This document shows positions 30,020 through 41,149 of a stretch of DNA of 64,000 nt, one piece after another. A model generated the notes under the pieces. It was not told the origin of the DNA. It did not search any database and saw only the letters and a program-made list of their open reading frames with translations. Made by a program: the position numbers and the translations under genes. Source of the stretch: Promethearchaeota archaeon (GTDB lineage: Archaea > Asgardarchaeota > Heimdallarchaeia > Hodarchaeales > Hodarchaeaceae); assembly GCA_048938105.1 (NCBI GenBank), contig JBHLMN010000001.1:256001-320000 (forward strand), given 5' to 3'. Within the stretch, counting starts at the first letter, position 1, and each line of letters opens with the position of its first letter.

Positions 30020-30189
30020 CCTACGTCATTGACACTATAATTTTCCTCTTTTTTAAATTAATCAAATTATAGTGTGCATCGTACGTCATTGAGGTGTAGT
30101 CTTTCTTCGGTACGACTTAAGGAGAGGGTTCTTTATATGTTTCAGTATTATACACACACTATAATTTTCCTCTTTTTTAAATTAATCAA
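30016..30189. repeat. Composite local repeats: 17-bp direct repeat, 34-bp exact direct repeat, 12-bp inverted repeat
   Basis: gcatc(c/g)tacgtcattga at 30016-30032 and 30076-30092; acactataattttcctcttttttaaattaatcaa at 30032-30065 and 30156-30189; acactataattt/aaattatagtgt at 30032-30043 and 30064-30075. Confidence 0.9.
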
Positions 30190-30392
30190 TTAATTAAATA
30201 CTTTGTAGACCAAAAGAGCCTTTTTTTTCAATATCATTGGCTAAAACTTAGTGAAAGTCAAGCTAATTTATATAAATAAAGATAGAATTAATGAAAATAT
30301 GAAAAAAAAATACAAGTAATTATTTATAAGAAGGAAAAATAATTATTTTATAATAAGGCCAAATTATCTATTCATATCTGAAGGTTAGATGG

Positions 30393-31202
30393 TTGCTGAA
30401 CGCGTTGTTAATCTCAATAGGAAATGAGTTAGTTTCAGGGAAAACTATCAACACAAATGCAAATTATCTCGCGAAAAATCTCACAAATTTGGGTTTTATC
30501 GTAAAGAAAATCATTACTATTCCTGATGATCCAGAAATTGTACCAAATGAGATTTCACATGCTCTATCATCATGTGATTACCGACTCATTCTTATAACAG
30601 GAGGTTTAGGTCCGACTTGGGATGACTCAACAGCGCTTTTTCTTGCAAAAGCATTAGATGTTGCCACAGAACTTAACCCTGAAGCATTATCAATAGTTAC
30701 ACAGCGATATAAGACTTTATTTAATAATAAACTAGTAGAAACACCTGAAATTACTTCCAGTCGAGAAAAAATGGCTATTTTGCCAGAAGGCGCGGAATCT
30801 ATCAATAATCCAGTCGGAACCGCTCCTGGCATTTTTTTTAACCATATGGACTCAAATACATGGATTTTTTGTCTTCCTGGAGTACCCCGTGAAATGAAAG
30901 ATATGTATCTTTTAATTGAGTCGAAAATTATGGCTTTAATAAAAGCGGAGCATATAAGTTATTTTGAAACAGAATTTACATCATCGTTCACAGATGAATC
31001 TTTACTCGCCCCATTTTTAGCAAAAGTGCGTCAAAAGTATGATGTATGGATTAAATCACTCCCTGAAGCTTATCAAGAGGAAAAAAATATTCATTTAATC
31101 ATTTCAAAATCGGCAGATTCGGAAAAAAAAGCGAAGAAAGAAGTTCTAGAAGCAAAAGCATACCTCCATAAATTAATAGATTTTTCACGTAAAACAAAGT
31201 GA
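30393..31202 (+). CDS. cinA: CinA-like molybdopterin-binding domain protein (no PncC domain)
   Basis: IGNELVSGKTINTN, TGGLGPTWDD, NPVGTAPG, LPGVPREM. Confidence 0.88.
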   Translation: MLNALLISIGNELVSGKTINTNANYLAKNLTNLGFIVKKIITIPDDPEIVPNEISHALSSCDYRLILITGGLGPTWDDSTALFLAKALDVATELNPEALSIVTQRYKTLFNNKLVETPEITSSREKMAILPEGAESINNPVGTAPGIFFNHMDSNTWIFCLPGVPREMKDMYLLIESKIMALIKAEHISYFETEFTSSFTDESLLAPFLAKVRQKYDVWIKSLPEAYQEEKNIHLIISKSADSEKKAKKEVLEAKAYLHKLIDFSRKTK

Positions 31203-31329
31203 TGTAATACGATAATCCACATAAGTAGAAAAATTATTAGGAATTGTTTGTTCATTTCATTATTGAAAAGAATCTCTTTCAAATTAAGATTAAATTAAAG
31301 AAAAATGGCACTGGAGAATTGTTTGTCAA

Positions 31330-33630
31330 ATGACTGACGATAATGATTCAAAATTACTTCTAAAAGTTGCAGAGGCGAACCAGGGTGATGTGGGCCGAGG
31401 CTTAGTTCGCATAGATTATTCTATCATGCGGGAAAATGGATTAGAAACAGGAGATATAATTGAGATTTCTAGTGAGAGAGCTGGGGGAAGAAAAACAGGT
31501 GCCTTGGTCATACCAGGAAGACGAGAAGATAGGGGGAAAAAAATCATTAGGATGGATGGGTTGATTAGAGGGAATGTAGGGACGAGTTTAGGTGAAACTG
31601 TTCGTATACGGCCGATTAAAAAACGAGAGGCAAAACGTATAACTATAGCTCCTGCAGAAGAACGTATTCGGCTTTTAGTCAGGTCTGAAATAATTCGTGA
31701 ACGCTTACAGAATCATCCAGTTTCACGTGGTGATTTACTGGTTATAACAGGACAAATCCGTAAGATCCCTCCCTCTGGAGGTTCCAGTGGGACAGGAATG
31801 GATGATTTTATATCTCGATTCTTTGGTGCATCCAGTCCTGTATCTTTGGGTGAGATTAAAGTAGTGGTCGTTGCAACGGACCCAGAAGGCATTGTAACTG
31901 TAGGAGATACAACAGAAGTCAATATAGTTGAAGAAGCTCCCAAAGACCTCCGAATGATGCCACGGGTGACATACGAAGATATCGGAGGATTATCAGAGGA
32001 GATTAAACGGGTACGGGAGATGATAGAGCTTCCGATGAAACATCCTGAACTTTTTGAACGGTTAGGTATCGACCCTCCAAAAGGTGTTTTATTACATGGG
32101 CCTCCAGGTACAGGTAAAACATTACTCGCCAAAGCAGTTGCAAATGAATCTGGAGTGAATTTTGTATCAATTGCTGGGCCTGAAATTATGTCGAAATTTT
32201 ATGGGGAGAGTGAACAACGCATTCGTGAGATTTTTCAACAAGCTGAGAAAGAAGCCCCAAGTATCATTTTTATAGATGAATTAGATTCAATTGCAGTAAA
32301 ACGGGAAGAAGTCACTGGAGAGGTAGAAAGACGAGTTGTTGCTCAATTATTGGCTTTAATGGATGGTTTAAAGAGTCGGGGTAAGGTTATAGTTATAGGA
32401 GCTACAAACCGTCCAAACGCACTCGATCCAGCCTTGCGAAGACCTGGACGATTTGATAGAGAAATTGAAATTGGGGTTCCAGATAGAAATGGACGCTATG
32501 AAGTCTTGCTAGTCCATACAAGAGGAATGCCCATTGATGAAGATGTCGATTTAGAAGAGTATGCAGCTAAAACGCATGGTTTTGTTGGAGCAGACATCGC
32601 TGCTCTTACAAAAGAGGCTGCAATGCATACCCTTCGCAAAATATTACCAAAGATTGATTTTGATAAACCTCTTACACCAGAGATTCTTTCAAAACTCGTT
32701 GTATCAAAGGAAAATTTTGATGAAGCACTTAAGATCACAGAACCCTCAGCTATGCGCGAAGTGCTGTTGGAAATTCCAAATGTCCACTGGAAAGATGTTG
32801 GAGGTCTTGAAAGGGTAAAACAACAACTTATTGAAGCTGTAGAATGGCCTATTGCTCACCCTGAGATGTTTAAACGCCATGGTATTACCCCTCCTCATGG
32901 AATTCTTCTTTATGGTCCACCTGGGACTGGAAAGACCCTCTTAGCTAAAGCTGTTGCTACTGAAAGTCAAGCGAATTTCATTGCAATTCGGGGGCCTGAG
33001 CTTTTATCCAAATGGGTTGGGGAAAGTGAAAAAGCTGTTCGTGAAGTTTTTAGGAAAGCGAAGCAAGCAGCTCCTTCTATCATTTTTTTAGACGAACTTG
33101 ATGCTATTGCTCCACGTCGAGGAGTATTTACTGGTGGTAGTCATGTCACGGAGAGCGTTGTGAACCAAATATTATCATTACTAGATGGGTTAGAGAGTCT
33201 TCGCGATGTTGTGGTATTGGGTGCAAGTAATCGGCCAGATATGATTGATCCAGCTCTTTTAAGACCAGGGAGATTTGATCGATTACTATTAGTGAAACCT
33301 CCTGATACTAAATCTCGAGAAAAAATACTACAAATCCATACAAGTGGAATGAAGCTAGCATCAGATGTTGACCTTCCTCAACTTGCTAGTGACCTGGAGG
33401 GTTATGTAGGAGCAGATATAGCAACAATCTGTCGTGAAGCTGTTATGATTGGTCTCCGTGAAGATTTGAACACGGAATTAATCGAACGACGTCATTTTCT
33501 TGAAGCGAAAAAAGCAATCCATCCTAGTATCAATGACAAAATTATCAAGGAGTTTGAAGAATTAGAACGTAAACTTTTAGGTAAATCAGAAATTGGACGA
33601 GATTTATTAGGATTAAAAGATTACCTTTAG
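31330..33630 (+). CDS. cdc48: CDC48/VAT/p97 family AAA+ ATPase
   Basis: N-domain plus two AAA modules (GPPGTGKT twice, IDELD/LDELD, RPGRFDR twice); C-terminal DYL HbYX-like tail. Confidence 0.97.
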   Translation: MTDDNDSKLLLKVAEANQGDVGRGLVRIDYSIMRENGLETGDIIEISSERAGGRKTGALVIPGRREDRGKKIIRMDGLIRGNVGTSLGETVRIRPIKKREAKRITIAPAEERIRLLVRSEIIRERLQNHPVSRGDLLVITGQIRKIPPSGGSSGTGMDDFISRFFGASSPVSLGEIKVVVVATDPEGIVTVGDTTEVNIVEEAPKDLRMMPRVTYEDIGGLSEEIKRVREMIELPMKHPELFERLGIDPPKGVLLHGPPGTGKTLLAKAVANESGVNFVSIAGPEIMSKFYGESEQRIREIFQQAEKEAPSIIFIDELDSIAVKREEVTGEVERRVVAQLLALMDGLKSRGKVIVIGATNRPNALDPALRRPGRFDREIEIGVPDRNGRYEVLLVHTRGMPIDEDVDLEEYAAKTHGFVGADIAALTKEAAMHTLRKILPKIDFDKPLTPEILSKLVVSKENFDEALKITEPSAMREVLLEIPNVHWKDVGGLERVKQQLIEAVEWPIAHPEMFKRHGITPPHGILLYGPPGTGKTLLAKAVATESQANFIAIRGPELLSKWVGESEKAVREVFRKAKQAAPSIIFLDELDAIAPRRGVFTGGSHVTESVVNQILSLLDGLESLRDVVVLGASNRPDMIDPALLRPGRFDRLLLVKPPDTKSREKILQIHTSGMKLASDVDLPQLASDLEGYVGADIATICREAVMIGLREDLNTELIERRHFLEAKKAIHPSINDKIIKEFEELERKLLGKSEIGRDLLGLKDYL

Positions 33631-33683
33631 CATACTTTGTGCATTGAAGTAATGAAACTTTTGTATGATGATTATGAAGATCT

Positions 33684-34619
33684 TTAAACATCAATTTTCT
33701 GTCTATAGATATCTAAAGGCCATTGTTTCTCCATTAATTTTAGTAGTACACGAGAATCAAATTGATTAATCTCAATCGAAGCTGAAGCTGTTTTCATTAA
33801 TCGTTCAGCAATCAATTTAGATCGTACAACAGAATCGGAGTACCCAATTATAAGTCCAGTTACTAAAGGATGGGTTTTCACGATAACAAGCTGGAGATCG
33901 GAAGCTGTTATTACCTCCATTCCCGTCGGATTTTTTGACAATTCTTTCACTGTTTCACTAATACCCATATTCAGTTGATCCAGTATTGAAGGGTCGATAT
34001 TGGTGAATTTTGTAGTATAGATCTGGTGTGTTTCGAGATCAATTAAAATAACAACACGGACTTTGCATTTAAATGTAGATTCAACACCAGATAAGACATC
34101 GGCTATCCAATCAAAAGCATCGTAAAAATTCTCTCCAGTTTTTGCTGACACCCGAAACAATCCTACAGGTCTATCTGATCTTTGTGCACGAGGTAGATCA
34201 AGATCACGTACTATCAAATCGAAAGCTCGTGCTCCCTCTAGGTCGATTTTATTAGCGATAAAAAGGACTGGAGCTTTCTCATTCCGTTGGATTGAATCCC
34301 AAAAAGCCTCTGATGCTTCTGCAATACGAATATCAGCACTATCAAGTACAAAAACGATTGCCGATGCTTTTACTAAAGAATCATGCCATAGAAGGTTACG
34401 GTAGATCTCTTGTCCACCTAAATCGACCAGGTTAAACTCAATTTGGCGATATCTTACAGTTCGATAGTTGACGCCAAGAGTTCGGGTCGTAGGGACAAAT
34501 TCTGAACGTAAAAGTCTATTAACGATTGTGGTTTTACCAGCACCATCGAGACCAATAACAGTAATCTCATATTTCTCGACTTTTTTTCCTTTGAAAATTC
34601 TTCGTAGTATGCTCGACAC
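33684..34619 (-). CDS. Arf-like small GTPase fused to a C-terminal longin/roadblock-like domain
   Basis: GLDGAGKTT, TLG, DLGGQ, NKID, SAK; N-terminal amphipathic helix MSSILRRIF; about 130-aa extra C-terminal domain. Confidence 0.88.
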   Translation of the reverse strand: MSSILRRIFKGKKVEKYEITVIGLDGAGKTTIVNRLLRSEFVPTTRTLGVNYRTVRYRQIEFNLVDLGGQEIYRNLLWHDSLVKASAIVFVLDSADIRIAEASEAFWDSIQRNEKAPVLFIANKIDLEGARAFDLIVRDLDLPRAQRSDRPVGLFRVSAKTGENFYDAFDWIADVLSGVESTFKCKVRVVILIDLETHQIYTTKFTNIDPSILDQLNMGISETVKELSKNPTGMEVITASDLQLVIVKTHPLVTGLIIGYSDSVVRSKLIAERLMKTASASIEINQFDSRVLLKLMEKQWPLDIYRQKIDV

Positions 34620-35052
34620 TGATAACCACGATCACAATAGATTAGTCAATGCTTCCAAAAAAAATTAATGAGTCTTTTGTAAATAAGTTTTCTATTTGCA
34701 CTCATAAATCTTTACAAATCTTTCTCAAGAATGGCTAGAAATTCTGAGTATTGAGTACTAGAAGATATTATTAAAGCTTATTTCTTTATTCAAAAAAAGA
34801 GACGACATTTTAGTAGAAATTCCTGATCTGTTCAAGTGAAATTGTTTTTTTATTATTAAACTGTATTATTCCTTCTTAGAATTGGAAGTTCTCATACATA
34901 TTTTAGTTTCTTTCAAAGACTCACATTTTTTCTAGTAGACTCCAAACTATGATAAACTAATCAAGCTTCGCTTTAAAGTAATAATAGAAATATTAAGAAA
35001 ATTCAAAATTGTTTCTTAGGCTGCTAAGAGATTTTAAAGGTGAGAAATTTTT

Positions 35053-36000
35053 TTGAAAGGAAATTTTACAGAAACTCCAGAGTTTCGTGAACTAAAAACT
35101 ACAATGAGGAAAATTAAAAACTTAACCATTCAAGGTGCTACAAGTGTCGCCATTTTTGGGGTTGGTGCTTTTGCAAAACATGCAAAAACCGTTCCACTAA
35201 AAGGAGAAGAATTATTTAAGCATTTAGAGGCTGTTGTTAACCAACTTAGCAGTGTAAGAGTTACAGAGCCAGCATTAAGAAATGGATTACGATATGTCAT
35301 GACAGGGATTCGGCTAGACGGAAAAGAAACAGCTGATGTTCATGGGAAGAGATATATTGATTTAATAAATGAAGCAAAGCAAAAAATCTTTAAAACTGGG
35401 GCAGAGCGAATCCAAGATGGTTCACGAGTCTTCACCCACTGCCACTCGTCTATTACTGTAGGGATATTTCTTGAAGCGGCTAATCAAGGGAAGGATTTTG
35501 AAGTAATTAATACTGAGACTAGACCTCTCTATCAAGGAAGGAAGACGGCGAAAAGATTATTGGAGAATAATATTCGCGTTACCCATATTGTAGATTCAGC
35601 AATGCGATGGGCAATGAATGTTTACAAGCCTCACATGATTTTCATGGGAGCAGACGCAATTACTGTTGAAGGAGTCGCTTTAAATAAGATCGGTTCCCGT
35701 CTTTGTGCTCTCGCGTCAGAAGAAGAACATGTTCCCCTATACATTTGTACTTCTCTTTTAAAATATGATCAAGCTACAAGTATCGGCCGACTTAGTGAGA
35801 TCGAAATGCGCGCTCCTTTTGAAATATGGGATGATGATGTTCCTCCAGGAATTAGGGTCGTTAATCCTGCTTTCGAAACCATTGACCGACATAATATTTC
35901 TGCATACATTACTGAAGCAGGTTTAATCCCTCCTCAAACCATTCATATGACTTTTCAACATCTTTATGGTAAAAAAATCCAATATTACCATCATTTATAG
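35053..36000 (+). CDS. Ribose-1,5-bisphosphate isomerase / eIF-2B family protein
   Basis: IQGA, RVTEPALRN, THCHS, ETRP..QG, GADAI, NKIGS, NPAFE. Confidence 0.9.
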   Translation: MKGNFTETPEFRELKTTMRKIKNLTIQGATSVAIFGVGAFAKHAKTVPLKGEELFKHLEAVVNQLSSVRVTEPALRNGLRYVMTGIRLDGKETADVHGKRYIDLINEAKQKIFKTGAERIQDGSRVFTHCHSSITVGIFLEAANQGKDFEVINTETRPLYQGRKTAKRLLENNIRVTHIVDSAMRWAMNVYKPHMIFMGADAITVEGVALNKIGSRLCALASEEEHVPLYICTSLLKYDQATSIGRLSEIEMRAPFEIWDDDVPPGIRVVNPAFETIDRHNISAYITEAGLIPPQTIHMTFQHLYGKKIQYYHHL

Positions 36001-36051
36001 TGTGGAAATTACATTACTTCATCAAAAAGGTTCAATTGAATTATTTGAGAA

Positions 36052-36408
36052 TTAACGAATATCAGGCCCGTCACCTAGATAATATACATCATCCTCCACA
36101 AATCCTATTTTCTCAAGTTCATCACGTACGCTTCTCAGGATGAGTTGCTCTTCATTTTCATCGTCTTCATACGGCCAAATCGTGAATCCAACGATAATTT
36201 CGCTTTGATGAGTTTCATCATCAAAAGTATCTAATTCAACAAAAAACCCACGAGCGGTTCCCGCATATTCTCTTTCAAGAGTATGACTCAATTCGACTAG
36301 GTTTGCATCAGCAGATTCGAAAGTCATTTGTTCCTCTCCTTCCCGAAAAAGACCGCTGAACACGTAATATCGCGTAATCGCAGCAGTTAGAGACTCACGA
36401 AAAACCAT
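36052..36408 (-). CDS. Acidic hypothetical protein
   Basis: 118-aa ORF with ATG and upstream GAGG; fills the gap between convergent genes. Confidence 0.6.
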   Translation of the reverse strand: MVFRESLTAAITRYYVFSGLFREGEEQMTFESADANLVELSHTLEREYAGTARGFFVELDTFDDETHQSEIIVGFTIWPYEDDENEEQLILRSVRDELEKIGFVEDDVYYLGDGPDIR

Positions 36409-36537
36409 GAAAATTCACAGCCTCATTAATGATGCTTTTCTAGAAATTCATTCTGATAATTCTCTTATTTTTCAGTGTAATGTCAATTAGCAAGAGATTT
36501 TTTTCTTTTTCTTTTCGATAATGACAAAAAGTTTGCT

Positions 36538-37806
36538 CTAAAAATAATCATCTAATGTTTTTCGATACAAGATAGGGCTTTGATGGTAATAATATCGCAT
36601 TGGAGTTGTTAAATGTTTACCAATAAATCTGAGGGCTTGATGCAAATCGTTAAAACACTGATAGGGATTATTAACTGCCTTACGCATGTTTTCTCGGACT
36701 TGCCAGACTCCTAAAGGAATCGCGTATCCTTTTCCAACCTCTCGAAAAGCAACCACTGCGGCTTTTCGTCTCATCTGTACAAGTTTTTCTTGTACAGCTA
36801 ATCTAGCAGCATAATAACCTCCAACTGTATTAGTTGCGTAAGTTTTTCGTCCATTTGGGCCTTCAGTATCCGTTGAAATTCCTGGAGTATAACCAGAAAT
36901 ATTCCAAGCACTCTTCTTTTTCCATGTTTCATGATAATCAAAGTGCCACTCACGTCCAGGAATAAATAATACCCAGAAATCATTATCTAGGTAAGAATTG
37001 TGAAAAACCATAAAATCCTGAATTTCAGGATAGTCCTGAATTTTCCTTCTGAGATAGTTTCCAGTCATATCGTCAACAGCTGTGATACTCCACCTTGTAG
37101 GTACGAACCTCCGATTTTTAGTCTCACCTAACAAACCAGCAGATAGTATTCTTGATATTTGAGTAACTGTTGCCTCTGTTCTATATAGTTCTGTAACTGC
37201 AGAAACAGCTTTCAAATCAGAATCACTCACAATACGTTCTACTTGATGATCAACTTTAGGAGTAGATGCTAGATGTATTGAATCAATATGAACTCGAGCG
37301 CCCATGGGCTGAGTGAAACGATTGAAACTTAGATCGAGTCGAGGTTTTTTAGAGAACTTTACTTCCAGATCAACAGGAGAAGAAGATTGGATCTGTTCCT
37401 GTGTGATTTCAAGGATTTTTGTGGATGATGTAACATCTGTAACTTGGACTGGTTCAGCCATAAAACGAAATAATTTAGCTCGGAGATGAACAATATCTTC
37501 TAATGACATATTTGTCTGCCAAATATCAGGTTCATCGACTACTTGAATATTCTCCCAATTCAATGCTGCCATTGGACCTAACCTGACCTTTGGATATCCA
37601 AATCTACCAACAAACAGGCTTGGTGGGCTAGGCCCATAGTATTCATCTTTTAACTTAGGTAAAATCTTTCTAACTGGTAATAAAGCCTTTGTTTTTAGAA
37701 TAATGGGACAATAGGAAAGACCACACAAAAATTTCCCACCTTTACAGCGTAAACAGAGGTTTTGGTTGGTGGGTATTCGAACCATGATTTCACTCACTGA
37801 TAACAT
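36538..37806 (-). CDS. nreA: Archaeal Nre DNA repair protein
   Basis: CLRCKGGKFLCGLSYCP, GPSPPSLFVGRFGYP, PTRWSITAVD, GGYYAAR, GVWQVRE; C-terminal PIP-like KTLDDYF. Confidence 0.93.
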   Translation of the reverse strand: MLSVSEIMVRIPTNQNLCLRCKGGKFLCGLSYCPIILKTKALLPVRKILPKLKDEYYGPSPPSLFVGRFGYPKVRLGPMAALNWENIQVVDEPDIWQTNMSLEDIVHLRAKLFRFMAEPVQVTDVTSSTKILEITQEQIQSSSPVDLEVKFSKKPRLDLSFNRFTQPMGARVHIDSIHLASTPKVDHQVERIVSDSDLKAVSAVTELYRTEATVTQISRILSAGLLGETKNRRFVPTRWSITAVDDMTGNYLRRKIQDYPEIQDFMVFHNSYLDNDFWVLFIPGREWHFDYHETWKKKSAWNISGYTPGISTDTEGPNGRKTYATNTVGGYYAARLAVQEKLVQMRRKAAVVAFREVGKGYAIPLGVWQVRENMRKAVNNPYQCFNDLHQALRFIGKHLTTPMRYYYHQSPILYRKTLDDYF

Positions 37807-37845
37807 TCTTTGGGATAATTACTCTTCAGACAGATAGTATTAGGT

Positions 37846-39231
37846 CTAAAGAGTTTTTTGAATTGGTTTTGAGGAATGAATAACATTTACATTTTTATAA
37901 TTTCCTTTTTGACCAATAACCAAAGTCCCATATACTCCATCGAACCCGTAAGGATGAAAAGTGAAATTACCTTCTTTGACCTTAAGAATTGCGTTAATTA
38001 TAGATGACTTTATATGGCTACTAAGTCTTGCTTTTACTTCTTCAGAAGAAAGTTGCCAAATCATCCGTTCAGGGCCTATATGAGTTGTAATTTGTTGGTA
38101 CTGACTAATTAGAGACTTTGATGTCTTAGTTTTTATATTTAAGACATGACTTAAAATGTCTATTAATGGTACCATACGAATGAATTTTTTTAAGGATTTT
38201 ACTTCCCCAAGTACTCTTTTTGTATCTTGTGCACGACTAATCTCAACGCACCTCTGAAAAACTCCAATTGTAAGGGATTTTTTGCAAATAGGACAAATAT
38301 CATGAGAAGGTACGTTTTGAGGAGAGAAATAACAATACTCATCATCTCCATGTGTTCCAGGGCGTTTTCTTCCTGCCCGATGGCCTGTTAAAAAAAATCT
38401 TCCCTCTTCTGGGGGAAATTCAACGGTATATAATACTTGATTATTGCGTAAAGCCGAAAGAATGCTTTGATAATTTATTTTTGATACAGAAAGAACAGTG
38501 AATTCACGGCCCATCCGATGCAAAGCACTTGAGTGAGCATCTGAATTTGATATTAATGTTCTGTTGTCTAATTCAGGAATTAGAGACAGAAATTCGGGAT
38601 CGGCGGACAAACCAGTCTCAAAAACACGCAATCTTGAAGTAGCTGATGCGAAAAAATCTGCTAAATGGTTAATACGAATATTGCCTTTACCAGATCCGAA
38701 AACTCCTTGGGGTGTCATGATATGAGCTGGAATAGCCTCAATCCAAGGATCTAAATCTAAAATGGAGTGAAGGCGTTCTGCAACTTGCATTGAAGATTGG
38801 CACAAGATAAAAGGTCTTGCCATTTTTTGATGTTTTACTCCCCATTTATCCAAAAGTGCTCTAAATGTTTCTACTAAGGAAAAATTCGGAAATAGAAAGA
38901 TAATATGAGTTTCTTTTGAATATTTTCCTATTTTTGCATTGAAAATCATCTCTGTCTGTAAAATGAAGCGAGTTTGATAATTATTTTGGAGAAAAAATAC
39001 TCCATTCGCATCTTCAATAAAAGATTCCTTGAGAATATCAGTCCACATTGTGAATTGACAGTCTCCTGTCCCAATCAGATCAATTCCTTTTAATGGCATT
39101 GTCTGATTTGTTTTTACCAAATATGAAATAGCTTTTTTCCGATTGTTAACCATTTCTTCTGGTCTAATTCCAAGGCTTTGAGTTCCACCTGCAAAAACAG
39201 AATGAGCGTGTAGATCTACCGCTACTTCCAA
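37846..39231 (-). CDS. PHP-domain endonuclease Q-like protein
   Basis: DLHAHS, GTGD, PAHIMTP, ETGLSAD, SNSDAHS, GRE, CPIC, GFDGVYG. Confidence 0.85.
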   Translation of the reverse strand: MEVAVDLHAHSVFAGGTQSLGIRPEEMVNNRKKAISYLVKTNQTMPLKGIDLIGTGDCQFTMWTDILKESFIEDANGVFFLQNNYQTRFILQTEMIFNAKIGKYSKETHIIFLFPNFSLVETFRALLDKWGVKHQKMARPFILCQSSMQVAERLHSILDLDPWIEAIPAHIMTPQGVFGSGKGNIRINHLADFFASATSRLRVFETGLSADPEFLSLIPELDNRTLISNSDAHSSALHRMGREFTVLSVSKINYQSILSALRNNQVLYTVEFPPEEGRFFLTGHRAGRKRPGTHGDDEYCYFSPQNVPSHDICPICKKSLTIGVFQRCVEISRAQDTKRVLGEVKSLKKFIRMVPLIDILSHVLNIKTKTSKSLISQYQQITTHIGPERMIWQLSSEEVKARLSSHIKSSIINAILKVKEGNFTFHPYGFDGVYGTLVIGQKGNYKNVNVIHSSKPIQKTL

Positions 39232-39243
39232 TAAATGTTCTCC

Positions 39244-40593
39244 TCAATATATGTCAAGTTTAGTATGGATATTATTACTATTCTTAGGATTAGGTTTTAC
39301 TTGATATTCTAATACCTGTTCACTAACTAATTTCAATAGACCTACTCCTTTAGTAGAATCACCAACCATGAAGAGGGAAGTATCCTTTGTGTTATTAGTT
39401 GCCCACCTCAAGGCAATAGAGTTTGATCCATGTTGAGACAAAACCATCTGTATCAAATCAGTACGAAACAATCGTGCGCTAATATTGTTAATAGCTATGA
39501 AGATCTGACAGATAAAGGCATGTTTTCTCGCTACATGTGTAGCATTAGTACGAAGGGTTTCAACTTTATCTGTACTACACCGTAAGAGGGACACATCCGT
39601 GATAATTGGTTTAAAGCTTTCGAGTAATTCGAAACTTTTATCTAAGAATTGATTTTGAGGATATAGCTTGCTTTCATCCTTTATTGATAATGAATACCTT
39701 GAAATGTATGGTTGATAGTCATCAGAGCTTTGGACATTCATATGCCATAGAATTTCCCGAAAGTTTCTGAATAAGCTCCCGAGACGCCCCTTGCCTGAAC
39801 TGAAAGCAAAGACAAAGTTATTTCGAATACATGTCAAATAGAATTGTTGATTATCGTAAGTTTTTCCGTGAATTTCGATGGGAAGCGCGTCAAAGAAGGT
39901 TCCAAAGGTTTTTAGCTCACGTTCATAATCTTGTAATAGTACAGGGATTTTATTCACTAAAGAAATTATATCTGGAGATAAAATTATGTTATGAACAGCT
40001 CGGATGGTACCATCTGAAACTAAGACTGTCTCTGTATCGGTACAGATTTCACTTATTCGATTTTGAAGTGTATGATCAATTTTAGTTAATAGGATTTTCT
40101 TAATGTTACTGAACACTTTACTTAAGGAATAGGTTTCTTGGTTACTGTTTTTTTGAAATTTTATTTCTCGAATAGCATCTTGAAGAACATTTGAGAAAGC
40201 AAGAGAATGCTGTAATAATTTGTCTTGATGAAAACGTGGGATAAATAACATGAAACTTTCAATTCGATTTTTTCCTCTGGCTTCAGGATCTTCAATCGTG
40301 AATGAGTGAATTAATACACGGCCTTGGATGCCTGTAACATTAATTGGTATGATTGCTGTTTCAGGTTCTCCTGTTGGTTCACCCACACCAATTGCCATCG
40401 TAAATAATGTGGTTGTGACACCCTGAAGAATTATTTTCGGGATTTCTAATCCATGAGTCAGATAAGACTTTAAAATTGGGCCATGTTCTTCATCAAAAAC
40501 AATATGGGCCAAAAAAAATTGAATAGGCCTATCTTCTGACGTTTCCAAAGTTCCCATGATTTTAGGGCTCACCTTTTGCTTACTGAAACTCAA
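39244..40593 (-). CDS. Folliculin-like uDENN/longin domain protein with further roadblock/longin-like domains
   Basis: HIVFDEEHGP and HSFTIEDPEARGKNR recall FLCN/SMCR8 longin motifs (F.E.HGP; F...D..ARG..R). Confidence 0.65.
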   Translation of the reverse strand: MSFSKQKVSPKIMGTLETSEDRPIQFFLAHIVFDEEHGPILKSYLTHGLEIPKIILQGVTTTLFTMAIGVGEPTGEPETAIIPINVTGIQGRVLIHSFTIEDPEARGKNRIESFMLFIPRFHQDKLLQHSLAFSNVLQDAIREIKFQKNSNQETYSLSKVFSNIKKILLTKIDHTLQNRISEICTDTETVLVSDGTIRAVHNIILSPDIISLVNKIPVLLQDYERELKTFGTFFDALPIEIHGKTYDNQQFYLTCIRNNFVFAFSSGKGRLGSLFRNFREILWHMNVQSSDDYQPYISRYSLSIKDESKLYPQNQFLDKSFELLESFKPIITDVSLLRCSTDKVETLRTNATHVARKHAFICQIFIAINNISARLFRTDLIQMVLSQHGSNSIALRWATNNTKDTSLFMVGDSTKGVGLLKLVSEQVLEYQVKPNPKNSNNIHTKLDIY

Positions 40594-40837
40594 TCGAAAA
40601 GTGTTCTCAATTTTTGGTTGAAATTAATCTTTATGAACAATCTTCCTATATTCTCAATTAAGTGTTTTTAATTAGTTATACGAAAATATTGCTTGTTTTG
40701 TTGGATTAAAGGAAAAAATAATTCTAAAATGCCACAACAGGGTTTAACAGATAATAAAAATATAAAATCTTAATAGATTTATGTCTATAGGACTTATAAA
40801 TTGATAAAAGAAATTTTAGATAAGGAGAATTATTGAT

Positions 40838-41143
40838 TTAAGATTTTGATTCTTTTTTCTTAATTAAATCTTTTATTTCCTCCCATTCTTTCTCTTGTTT
40901 TGATTTTTTCGTAAGCTGGTCATTTACTCCTAAAATATTTAACACCCATTGACGTTCTTTCTCACGTTTTTGTAATCTTTTCTTCTGGCGATGTTCTGCT
41001 GCATTGATCCAAGTCTCTAATGCAGCTTCTTGTATTCCACATTTAATACAGACATACAATTTTTCCTCGGGGTTCCAAAACAGAGTTCCCTTCTTGCAAT
41101 TAGGACAAGGAATTCTTGAATCACGAACAGGAGGCTTAGACAT
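40838..41143 (-). CDS. Small Zn-ribbon protein with basic helical tail
   Basis: CPNC...CIKCG. Confidence 0.7.
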   Translation of the reverse strand: MSKPPVRDSRIPCPNCKKGTLFWNPEEKLYVCIKCGIQEAALETWINAAEHRQKKRLQKREKERQWVLNILGVNDQLTKKSKQEKEWEEIKDLIKKKESKS

Positions 41144-41149
41144 AACTAC

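Noticed and set aside
30016-30189. CRISPR array or MITE
   Set aside because: Only two copies of each repeat, no regular spacers, no cas or transposase genes, and the insert is copied from adjacent sequence
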